A stretch of 64,000 nucleotides of DNA from Thermoplasmata archaeon (GTDB lineage: Archaea > Thermoplasmatota > Thermoplasmata > Lutacidiplasmatales > UBA184), in the NCBI GenBank assembly GCA_052326445.1, contig JBKQNC010000013.1, positions 8,057 to 72,056 on the forward strand, written 5' to 3'. Of this stretch, positions 1 through 7,923 are shown in pieces. Both the position numbers and the translations under genes were made by a program. Each line of letters begins with the position of its first letter. Positions within the stretch are counted from its first letter, which is position 1. Below the pieces are notes generated by a model. The model was given only the letters and a program-made list of their open reading frames with translations. It searched no databases and was not told the DNA's origin.

Positions 1-716
1 ACGAGCAATCCACGACCGGGAGTGAGGCCGTCCGCGATGAAGCGGGCCTTCATCCCGGTGTTGCGCATGATCCGGAGAAGGTCCTTGCGATGCAGGAGCA
101 AGCCGACGTCGATGACGTTGCAGTATCGAATCTTGCGGCCGGGCTTTCCGATGAGGAAGTGGAAGCGGACGATAGAATGGTCCCCCCGCCGGGTGGAAGA
201 GGCGAGACGGGCAACCGCGACAGCGGGGCTCTCGTGGGTCCGTAGTTGAATGAATCCGGAGTGGAACATCGAAGGGTCGATCCAAGGCTCGACGATCACC
301 GCGCCTCCGGGGTTTAAGTGACGCACGAAATTGGCGAACGTCCTCCTAACGTCCTCCTCCGTGCGGAGGTGTCCGATGGCGCTGAAGAGACAGCTTACCA
401 CGTCGAATCGTCGATCCAATCGAAACGTGCGCATGTCTCCCCGAACGAGCTGGACACCGGGCAAACGACACCGGGCGATTCGAAGCATTTCCGGACTGCC
501 GTCGACCCCCACCGTCGAGTGCCGCTTGCTGAGGTACTCGAGGTGGCGGCCCGTCCCGCACGCGACATCCAGCCAGGTCGTCCGGCCCGGACGGCCGAAT
601 CGCCGAGCGATGGACTCGAGGTGGGCGGATTCGCCGCGGTAGTCCTTCGCCGCATTGAGGGGGTCGTAATACTCCGCCAGTTCATGGAACTGGGAAAGAC
701 CGGACCTGGTCACCAC
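1..716 (-). CDS. Class I SAM-dependent methyltransferase (TylM1/DesVI-like); 3' end runs off the window
   Basis: Not in the ORF track. Manual translation from GTG at 716 gives ...AEYYDPLNAAKDY...WLDVACGTGRH...GDMRTFRLDRRFDVVSCLFSAIGH...HLNPGGAVIVEPW..., open to position 1. Confidence 0.85.
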   Translation of the reverse strand, partial: MVTRSGLSQFHELAEYYDPLNAAKDYRGESAHLESIARRFGRPGRTTWLDVACGTGRHLEYLSKRHSTVGVDGSPEMLRIARCRLPGVQLVRGDMRTFRLDRRFDVVSCLFSAIGHLRTEEDVRRTFANFVRHLNPGGAVIVEPWIDPSMFHSGFIQLRTHESPAVAVARLASSTRRGDHSIVRFHFLIGKPGRKIRYCNVIDVGLLLHRKDLLRIMRNTGMKARFIADGLTPGRGLL

Positions 717-1096
717 TTTACCGCCGCCCGACTCCGCTATCGGGTCGCCGTATTTCAGAAGCTCCGCCGACAGACTTCATCGTTCGCTTCCGGTCCGCCC
801 CATGCCGTCCACCACCGAGGGGGGCATTCGAACGCCCGCGCCCCGTCGACAGTGGGGCTTTGAACCATGCGTGCAGGGCCTTCCAGTGGCTGGCTTTTCT
901 CGACAGTTCGCCCTTCTTTTCTCCGGCCAGGTCAGCTATCGGCAGGCATGGAGTCCATGGGGTCCCGTTCCCGAACAGAGTTGAGAAGTCAATACCGCCG
1001 ACAACGCGGCCGTGCCAGGTTCGAGGCGGACACTTTTGAAGGGCTACACCGTCCAGCAGGTGCCAACAAGACGGGAAGCAAAGTCTGGTGCGATGG

Positions 1097-1660
1097 ATGC
1101 CCGAAGGTAACTCGAACCGCAAATTGGCGGATGTCTCAGTTAGAGCGTCCCAGATTCACGGCCAAGGGGTCTTCGTCCAGAATGCGTTCTCCAAGGGCGA
1201 CATAGTCCTGGAGATTGATGACTCGGACCCCGTCCTCGATCGAGGCACACTGACCCCTGAGCAGGAGATATTCATCGACGTGTTTGTCGCCGCCGATGGA
1301 ACGCAGAAGACCACGTGGATGAAGTCACCTGAGAAGTTCATCAACCATTCGTGCGAGCCCAATTCCTACGTTCTGACCGACATGAGAAGTGGTGTCCGGC
1401 GGACCTGGGCACTGAAGACCATCCGGAAGGAGGACGAACTCACGTGGGATTATGCGCTCAACATCTGGGAGGAGTGGGTCGGCCCCGTGCCCTGCCACTG
1501 CGGCGCGGAGAATTGCCGGAAGACCATTCGAGGAAACTACTTCACTCTCCCGAGAGAGATCCAACGAAGGTATCTGCCCTTACTCGACGAGCCATTCAAG
1601 ATTCGATTCACAAAGGAGATTCAATCGCTCGACCTCACGGCCGAACACGACCCTGCGTGA
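1097..1660 (+). CDS. SET-domain protein-lysine methyltransferase with post-SET zinc motif
   Basis: Motifs IHGQGVF, FINHSCEPN, EDELTWDY and post-SET CHCGAENCRKTI; ATG 1097 (alternative GTG 1088). Confidence 0.9.
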   Translation: MPEGNSNRKLADVSVRASQIHGQGVFVQNAFSKGDIVLEIDDSDPVLDRGTLTPEQEIFIDVFVAADGTQKTTWMKSPEKFINHSCEPNSYVLTDMRSGVRRTWALKTIRKEDELTWDYALNIWEEWVGPVPCHCGAENCRKTIRGNYFTLPREIQRRYLPLLDEPFKIRFTKEIQSLDLTAEHDPA

Positions 1661-1735
1661 ATGGCTCGGTGTGCGAACGGCACGACCTGGGGTGGCCCTT
1701 AGTAGGAGGGACTCTTTGCCGGCGAAGGCCGACCC

Positions 1736-2200
1736 ATGAAGATACTCTTCATCGGCAGCATCGGAGTGATCACGCGCCGCGCCACCGAAGGTCGAAGATT
1801 CTTCGTGGACGGGCTTAAGCAACCGCTGAAGCAGGCGAAGGGGAGGCGGTTCCTTTTCAGCGAGAAACTCGAGGGCAGCCGGTACTTCGGCGTGGGGCCG
1901 CTCTCCGAGGCCGCGCGGGCTTGCTTTGGGCGCCCAACGTGGCCGACGGACCGTCCTGTCCCGCAAGTCTTTGTCGAGTTCGAGGTAGACGGCCCGGAAA
2001 GCGTCGCTCAGGGGGCCTCCGAGCTTGAGTCCAAAGGCTACGCGCTTCTGCACCCTCCGCGGACCGATCCGTGGGGCCAAACGGTGGCTCGGCTGCAGAC
2101 CCGTGACGGGGTCATCGTCGGAATCTCCTACGTGCCGTGGATGCACCGACCCGCCCGGCCGAGAGCGCGGCGGGCTCCGCGGTCACGAAGCCGACGGTGA
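1736..2200 (+). CDS. VOC/glyoxalase/bleomycin-resistance family protein
   Basis: VEFEV...ELESKGY...PRTDPWGQTVARLQTRDGVIVGISY, a typical VOC C-terminal pattern. Confidence 0.75.
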   Translation: MKILFIGSIGVITRRATEGRRFFVDGLKQPLKQAKGRRFLFSEKLEGSRYFGVGPLSEAARACFGRPTWPTDRPVPQVFVEFEVDGPESVAQGASELESKGYALLHPPRTDPWGQTVARLQTRDGVIVGISYVPWMHRPARPRARRAPRSRSRR

Positions 2201-2215
2201 ACTCGGAATCCCGTT

Positions 2216-2248
2216 CGAGGGTTCAGGATCGGGCCCCTGAACCCCTCG
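2216..2248. terminator. Intergenic hairpin between convergent genes
   Basis: cgagggttcagg...cctgaacccctcg inverted repeat (about 12 bp, one bulge) between the VOC and cyclase 3' ends. Confidence 0.35.
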
Positions 2249-2338
2249 TGTGAGCCGCTCGATGGGTTGGCTCCCCTCCCTCGGGTACTGGTCCGGCCCG
2301 CCTCGGAAGGCCGCGATGGCCGACCCTCGGCGGGGGCC

Positions 2339-4297
2339 TCAGTCGTCGGGATTACGCAATTTCGATTGGCGTCGGAACAGGTTGACGATTCGGGGGTCTT
2401 TCCGAGCCGATTCAAACAACGGTGAGTACATCAGCTCCATGAGCGGCAGGGAGTGAACTTGGAAGGCCTGCTCGAGGCAGGAGATGAAGGGATCCATTTC
2501 CCCCAGGGCGAAGTGGACGAATCCGACATGGAACACCGTAAGTTCGCCGCTCCGGCCGCGTCGTTCGAGGCGGTCCATGACGCGGCGGGCGGCCTCCGAG
2601 TCCCCCTGCTTGGCGGCGAGCATTCCCCGGTACGCCTCGGTCCACACGCTTTCCGGCCGGAGCCGCTCCATCTCCCGAAGCGACTCTTCGGCCTTCGGGA
2701 AGTTCCCGTGGCCGAGGTAGTACTCGGTGAGGTACGCGTTCGTGCGGAAGGTGACCAAGGGCTTGGTCCGTTCCCAATAGGCGAGCGCCTCGGCCTCCCG
2801 TCCAGAGTACGCGTACGACCGGCCGAGGAACGCGATCACGTTGACGTCGAGGGGGTCGAGCTGATGTGCGGTCTCGAGCAATCGCACGGTTTCGTCCATC
2901 CGCCCGTCCCCCGCGGCGAGCTGCGCCAGCCAGCGGTACGGGTCGGCGAGACTCGGGTTGAGTTCCATCGCCCGGCGAGCCTCGCGCTCGGCCGTTACCA
3001 TTTGGTCCTCGCCGAGCATCAGTCCGGCGAGCACCGAATGGGCCTCTGCGAGGGTATCGTTCTGCCGGAGCGCCCGGTTCAATTCTTCGCGGGATCGCTG
3101 GGTCGCCTCGAGGAAGGGGATCGTTCCTTCTGATCCGAGCCATAACGTGACCTCGGCGATCCCCACTCTCGCCCGCGCGAACCGGGGATCTCGCTGGACG
3201 GCGTCTTCGAAGAGGGAAAGGGCCAGTCGAAGCGACTCCTCCGAGCCCTTCTCCCCGAGCAGCTTCTTGCCCTGCAGAAAAGCGGTGTACGCATCCATGT
3301 CCACCGTGTCCGGTGACCGGGGCGGCGCGGGGGGAAGCACGACCTCGCTCCCCCCCGAAAGGTGATGCCGCAGCGACGTCGCGATCTGACCCGCGATATC
3401 GTCTTGGATCGCAAAGATATCGTCGAGGGGCCGGTCGTAGCGGGAGGACCAGAGATGTTCCTCGGAACGGACGTCGACCAGCTGCACCGTGATCCGGACG
3501 CGATTGCCCGCCTTCCGCACAGTTCCCTCGAGGGCCAGGCTAATCCCGAGTTCCTGCCCGACTTCACGGATCGACTTCGCCGACCCCCGATACTGTTGAG
3601 AGGACCTACGGGCAACGACCCGAAGGCGCGGAATCTCGGAGGCACGCGAGATCAGCTCGTCGGTCAGCCCGTCGGCGAAGTACTCATCGCTCGCGTCATG
3701 GCTCATGTTGGAGAACGGGATCACCGCCAGTCGCGAGGTCGCGCTCGGTGCAGGGTCGACCGGTCGGGGTCGGACCCCGGCGAGGACGACCCGGTAGATG
3801 TCCACGGGAAATTCGACGTTCTTGAGGGTACGAGCGCCGACCTTTTCGAGGGGGAGGTGGAGCTTGTTCCGAACCTGGTCAAAGACGGACCCCGACACGC
3901 AGACCCCGCCCGGCTCGGCGAGCGGCTCGATCCGGGAGGCGACATTGACCGCGTCGCCCACGATGTCTTCGCCATCCCCCACGACGTCCCCGACATGAAT
4001 TCCGATCCGGAGGTCGATCCGCTCCTTCTCCGAGGGGAGGGCGTTTCGCCGGGCGATCGCCTCCTGGATGGCCACCGCACATCGCACCGAGTCCACGGCG
4101 CTCGGGAATTCGACGAGGAAGCCGTCCCCCATCGTCTTCACTTCACGCCCAGCATGAGCCACAAAGAGGGGGCGTACGAGAGCCTGGTGCTCCCGTCGCA
4201 GCAGAAGCGCGGCCTCCTCGTCCCGCTGGGCGAGCTTGGTGAACCCGACCAGGTCGGTGAACATGATGGCCGCCAGCCGCCGCGACTCCGATTTCAC
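2339..4297 (-). CDS. Class III adenylate/guanylate cyclase with TolB-like and TPR domains
   Basis: RRLAAIMFTDLVGFT, VKTMGDG, RIGIHVGDV, DIVGDAVNVASRIE, then AVIPFSNMS...EYFADGLTDELI (TolB-N-like) and TPR repeats; start set at GTG 4297 (ORF open from 4474). Confidence 0.9.
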   Translation of the reverse strand: MKSESRRLAAIMFTDLVGFTKLAQRDEEAALLLRREHQALVRPLFVAHAGREVKTMGDGFLVEFPSAVDSVRCAVAIQEAIARRNALPSEKERIDLRIGIHVGDVVGDGEDIVGDAVNVASRIEPLAEPGGVCVSGSVFDQVRNKLHLPLEKVGARTLKNVEFPVDIYRVVLAGVRPRPVDPAPSATSRLAVIPFSNMSHDASDEYFADGLTDELISRASEIPRLRVVARRSSQQYRGSAKSIREVGQELGISLALEGTVRKAGNRVRITVQLVDVRSEEHLWSSRYDRPLDDIFAIQDDIAGQIATSLRHHLSGGSEVVLPPAPPRSPDTVDMDAYTAFLQGKKLLGEKGSEESLRLALSLFEDAVQRDPRFARARVGIAEVTLWLGSEGTIPFLEATQRSREELNRALRQNDTLAEAHSVLAGLMLGEDQMVTAEREARRAMELNPSLADPYRWLAQLAAGDGRMDETVRLLETAHQLDPLDVNVIAFLGRSYAYSGREAEALAYWERTKPLVTFRTNAYLTEYYLGHGNFPKAEESLREMERLRPESVWTEAYRGMLAAKQGDSEAARRVMDRLERRGRSGELTVFHVGFVHFALGEMDPFISCLEQAFQVHSLPLMELMYSPLFESARKDPRIVNLFRRQSKLRNPDD

Positions 4298-4488
4298 GTT
4301 CCCCGGATTCCGGGTCCCTGAATTAAGGACTCTGAGGGAGACTCCCGATCTCCCGTTTTTGCGGCTCCTAGCTAAACGGGGCGTGAAGGGGCCGGAGAAC
4401 CGAAGCGGACGACTCCGGCGGCCGTGACGAATCCACCGACGATAGGTTTTCAAAGGGGAGGTGGCCGTGTTCACGGGATGAGGCAGGT

Positions 4489-5313
4489 TTGGCCGCGGCG
4501 GTGTTCGGAGTTTATCACCGGCCGCCTCCGTTGTACCGTCTGGCCCGCGCCCTACGACGGCTCTCGCTCTTGGTCCTGGTCCTCCTGATCCTCTACACCG
4601 CCTCCGTGGTCTATTCGGCGGTGGAGACCGCCCGCTCCTCCTCGCAGTTGAGCGGAGTTTCCGCGACCTTTGGGGCCAACGGCACCGTCATCCTCAGCAG
4701 CACCCTTCGGCTCAACAACAACGGCTTCTATCCGGTGGACGACCTGACCCTTTCCGTCCGGGTCACGAATACCAGCGGGGTGTTCCTCGGGGATGCGACG
4801 ATCGGTCCCGTCACTCTTTCGAGCCAGGGGTCGGCATCCTACCCGCTGACCCTCTACGTGCCCGTGAACGCAACGGGTCCCGGCCCGTCTCTCCTCACCG
4901 AGGACCAGACCCTCCCCGTGCGGGTCTGGGCGAACGCGACCTTCGGCTACCTCTTCCCCCTCGCGCTCAGTTTCGCGGACAACCGTTCGTGGGGCGCGCC
5001 GTTCGCCGACCTCCAGTTCTCGGTCGGGGCGCCGACCCTCCTGAACGGGACCGAGTCGGTGCCGGTCACGCTCTCCTTTTCCAACCATGCCCCCCTCTCG
5101 GATTCAGGAGCCCTCCACTTCGCCGTCCTGTCTTCCGGGGGGACCCTCTGCGGCTCGGGCACGTTCACGATGAACGTTCCGACCGAGACGCCCTACTCTC
5201 AGACCCTGCCCGTCTCGCTCGCCGCGGGATGCTCCCCGGCGGGTGGCGAAGTCACCTCCACCTTTGTGGCCCCAGCCTACACGATCGTCCTTCCGCCGGA
5301 GGCGATCCCATGA
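4489..5313 (+). CDS. Membrane-anchored beta-rich (LEA-2/Ig-like) surface protein
   Basis: One N-terminal TM helix followed by Ser/Thr-rich beta-strand pattern with six N-x-S/T sequons; stop overlaps next ATG (ATGA). Confidence 0.7.
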   Translation: MAAAVFGVYHRPPPLYRLARALRRLSLLVLVLLILYTASVVYSAVETARSSSQLSGVSATFGANGTVILSSTLRLNNNGFYPVDDLTLSVRVTNTSGVFLGDATIGPVTLSSQGSASYPLTLYVPVNATGPGPSLLTEDQTLPVRVWANATFGYLFPLALSFADNRSWGAPFADLQFSVGAPTLLNGTESVPVTLSFSNHAPLSDSGALHFAVLSSGGTLCGSGTFTMNVPTETPYSQTLPVSLAAGCSPAGGEVTSTFVAPAYTIVLPPEAIP

Positions 5314-5798
5314 CGACGACCGGACGTACCGCCACGAACCTCGGCTACCGCATCCCCGCCCTGGGATGGCGCATCACGCTTGGCGCCCTCCGGATGATTC
5401 CCCTGGTCCTGTTGCTGGTCGGGTTGCCGGCCGCCCTCCTCACGTTCCTCTCGACCAACGGGATCGCGCTCCCGATCTCGATCCTCACCGTCACGCTCTT
5501 CGGGGTCCTGATCAGCGCGCTCTCGACCGCTCGGTACATTTCGAAGCCGTACCGCGCCTACGGGCCGATCTCCGTCGCCGCGGCCGCCCTCACCCTCGTC
5601 TATCTCCTGATCGTTCTCGCCCAGTCGACCTACACCATCTCGATCCCCAACACGCCGGTGAGCCTGACCTTGAACTACACGGAGCTCATCGAACTCCTGC
5701 TCATCGTTCCGCTGCTCTCGTTGACCGCCGGGGTGGTCACGGCGATCGAGGACGGACGCTCCCCGCAGGAGCGGCTCCCGTTCGACTTCCCGCCCTAG
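5310..5798 (+). CDS. Hypothetical 4-TM membrane protein
   Basis: ATG 5310 overlaps the upstream stop; four hydrophobic segments, ends RLPFDFPP. Confidence 0.75.
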   Translation: MTTTGRTATNLGYRIPALGWRITLGALRMIPLVLLLVGLPAALLTFLSTNGIALPISILTVTLFGVLISALSTARYISKPYRAYGPISVAAAALTLVYLLIVLAQSTYTISIPNTPVSLTLNYTELIELLLIVPLLSLTAGVVTAIEDGRSPQERLPFDFPP

Positions 5799-6265
5799 GC
5801 TCCCGCGAGCTGTACCTCAACGATCCGGACCGGGGACTTCGGTCGGTCGTTCGCGTCCCGCGGCACCGTCGCGATCTTCTCGACCACATCCTGACCGCCG
5901 CGGACGTGACCGAAGACCGCGTGCTTGTTGTCGAGCCAGGAGGTCGCCGCGAGCGTGATGAAGAACTGGCTCCCGCCCGTGTTCGGACCCGCGTTCGCCA
6001 TCGAGAGGACGCCCGGGCCGTCGTGCCGGAGGGTCCGTTCGAACTCGTCGCGGATCGTAAAGCCGGGGCCCCCCGTTCCGTCGCCCTTGGGACATCCGGT
6101 CTGGACCATGAACCCGGGGATGACCCGGTGGAAGGTGAGCCCGGTGTAGAACCCCTTCTTCGCGAGCGTGACGAAGTTCTCGACCGTCTTCGGCGCGCGG
6201 TCCCGGAAGAGTTCGATTCGAATGTCGCCGAGGGTGGTCCGGAGGGTGACGGTGGGGTTCGCCAT
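5795..6265 (-). CDS. Cyclophilin-type peptidyl-prolyl cis-trans isomerase
   Basis: [49 protein letters not shown]. Confidence 0.97.
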   Translation of the reverse strand: MANPTVTLRTTLGDIRIELFRDRAPKTVENFVTLAKKGFYTGLTFHRVIPGFMVQTGCPKGDGTGGPGFTIRDEFERTLRHDGPGVLSMANAGPNTGGSQFFITLAATSWLDNKHAVFGHVRGGQDVVEKIATVPRDANDRPKSPVRIVEVQLAGA

Positions 6266-6378
6266 GCCCGCGCGAGGCGCGGGGGGGCTATAATGCGCAC
6301 GGCACGCCGGGACCCATAGGTGGCCACTGGAGGGGACGGGATGAAAAGCTCCCGCCGCGTTCCTTCCCAGGGAGCCCG

Positions 6379-6894
6379 ATGCACCGCTCGATCGCGTATA
6401 TCGGGACAGCCGTCCTGCTTGTCGCCATCGCGCTCGCGGCCTTCCCGATCTGGTCCTCCGGGGTCGAGCAGTGGGACGTGGAGCAGGAACTCGGGATCCT
6501 GCTGGCCCCGTTCGGCCTCATCACTTTCCTGCTCGCCGCCGTCACCCCCGACCCTCGACTCACGACCGTTGGCGGTGCGTTCGGGAATCCCGAGTACGAC
6601 CGGGCGAATCGACCCGGCGCCTCGAGGCCCGAGAGCCGTCCGAAGATCGTGACGAGCTTCCGCGAGGTGGCGCAATGCCTGCAGTGCAACACGGTGATCT
6701 CCCCGGACCTGGCGCAATGTCCCCGCTGCGCTCGGGCCCGCCCCTGCCGAACCTGCTACCGGCCTCTCGGTTTGGTCCTCGACCGACCGACCTGCCCCTC
6801 ATGCGCCCGAGCGGAATCCTTGTGTAACTGTCCGATTCTTCCCCGACCCACGGCCCCAGTCGGCCGGATAGCGGCCTACGGCAGTCGAAGGTGA
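6379..6894 (+). CDS. Membrane-anchored multi zinc-ribbon protein
   Basis: Two N-terminal TM helices, then CLQC, CPRC, CRTC, CPSC and CNC motifs. Confidence 0.75.
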   Translation: MHRSIAYIGTAVLLVAIALAAFPIWSSGVEQWDVEQELGILLAPFGLITFLLAAVTPDPRLTTVGGAFGNPEYDRANRPGASRPESRPKIVTSFREVAQCLQCNTVISPDLAQCPRCARARPCRTCYRPLGLVLDRPTCPSCARAESLCNCPILPRPTAPVGRIAAYGSRR

Positions 6895-7436
6895 CGGAGC
6901 GATCGATGGACGACCAAGAGCTTCCCCGGGGGGTCGTGACCGCCGACCTGGGTCCGGTCCAGGTCCACTTCGACGGGGCCTGCGACCGAGCTCGGGGAGG
7001 GGGCCTCGCCACGTTCGGGTACACGATCGAGGGGGCGGGATTTGACCTCGAAGAGGGGGGTCTCGCCGTACGGCCGTACTCCGAGCGGGCGACCAATAAC
7101 GTGGCCGAGTACTCGGGGGCCATCCAGGCCCTCTACCGCCTCCACGGGCTCGGCTACGCCGGTCCGGTCGAGGTGCGCGGAGACAGCCAACTCGTCATTC
7201 GGCAGATGACGGGGGAATATGCCGTGAAGGCCGAGCACCTCCGGCCCTACCACGAGTGGTTGGCCCAGCTGGCCCAGAAGTTCTCCTCCGTGCGGTGGGA
7301 ATGGGTTCCGAGGGAACAGAACCGACGCGCCGATGCGCTGTCCCAGCAAGCGCTGGCCGACCACGCCCCGTTGGCGGCGCGCCACCGACCGAGCCGGTTG
7401 GAAGCCGTGCCGGACGAAGACGCCCCGACGGACTAA
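6891..7436 (+). CDS. rnhA: Ribonuclease HI family protein
   Basis: FDGAC, TNNVAEY, GDSQLVIRQMTGEYAVK, WVPREQNRRADALS; the D-E-D-D catalytic set is present. Confidence 0.9.
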   Translation: MTERSMDDQELPRGVVTADLGPVQVHFDGACDRARGGGLATFGYTIEGAGFDLEEGGLAVRPYSERATNNVAEYSGAIQALYRLHGLGYAGPVEVRGDSQLVIRQMTGEYAVKAEHLRPYHEWLAQLAQKFSSVRWEWVPREQNRRADALSQQALADHAPLAARHRPSRLEAVPDEDAPTD

Positions 7437-7642
7437 CCCCAGCGGACCGTGTAGACGAGGGTGCGTCCCTCGATGGCCGCCCGGGCGCGGGCGGTGTCCA
7501 CGATCGTGGCGAACGCGGCCGCGGCGTCCGGGGACAGCTTCGGTCGCATCCCATACCCTCGCGGCACACCTTGGCCGAGGAACATCTTAGGGGGAACCGG
7601 AACGCCCGGCCCGTCGAACGGGCGAGGCCGAGGCCCGCTCAT
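7433..7642 (-). CDS. Small hypothetical protein (69 aa)
   Basis: ATG 7642 preceded by strong SD GGGAGGAGG; ATGA overlap with the upstream micro-ORF; MSGPRPRPFDGPG...EGRTLVYTVRWG. Confidence 0.55.
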   Translation of the reverse strand: MSGPRPRPFDGPGVPVPPKMFLGQGVPRGYGMRPKLSPDAAAAFATIVDTARARAAIEGRTLVYTVRWG

Positions 7643-7788
7643 GCCTCCTCCCGAAACGCTGTTCGGGCGGTCAGGTCGACGCCGCCGAGGCAGGGCATCA
7701 CCGCGAGGGGAATGCGTGGCATCTCGCCCCATTCGTCGCCCAGGGGAGCCGCCGCGAGGAGCAAGGCGCGGTAGGAATTGTCGGACAT
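7639..7788 (-). CDS. Small hypothetical protein (49 aa)
   Basis: Manual translation MSDNSYRALLLAAAPLGDEWGEMPRIPLAVMPCLGGVDLTARTAFREEA; GAGG upstream; TATA-like TTTATGTA at 7826-7819. Confidence 0.45.
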   Translation of the reverse strand: MSDNSYRALLLAAAPLGDEWGEMPRIPLAVMPCLGGVDLTARTAFREEA

Positions 7789-7923
7789 CGTGCCTCGGAG
7801 GGTGTCGGACGCATGTCATACATAAACGTCCGCTTCGAATGGCATCCCTTCGACGTTCTCGGACCCGGTTCCGAACCTCTTCTTAAGGGCAAGTCGATTG
7901 GCCCGCCCACCGAGGTCCTCACC

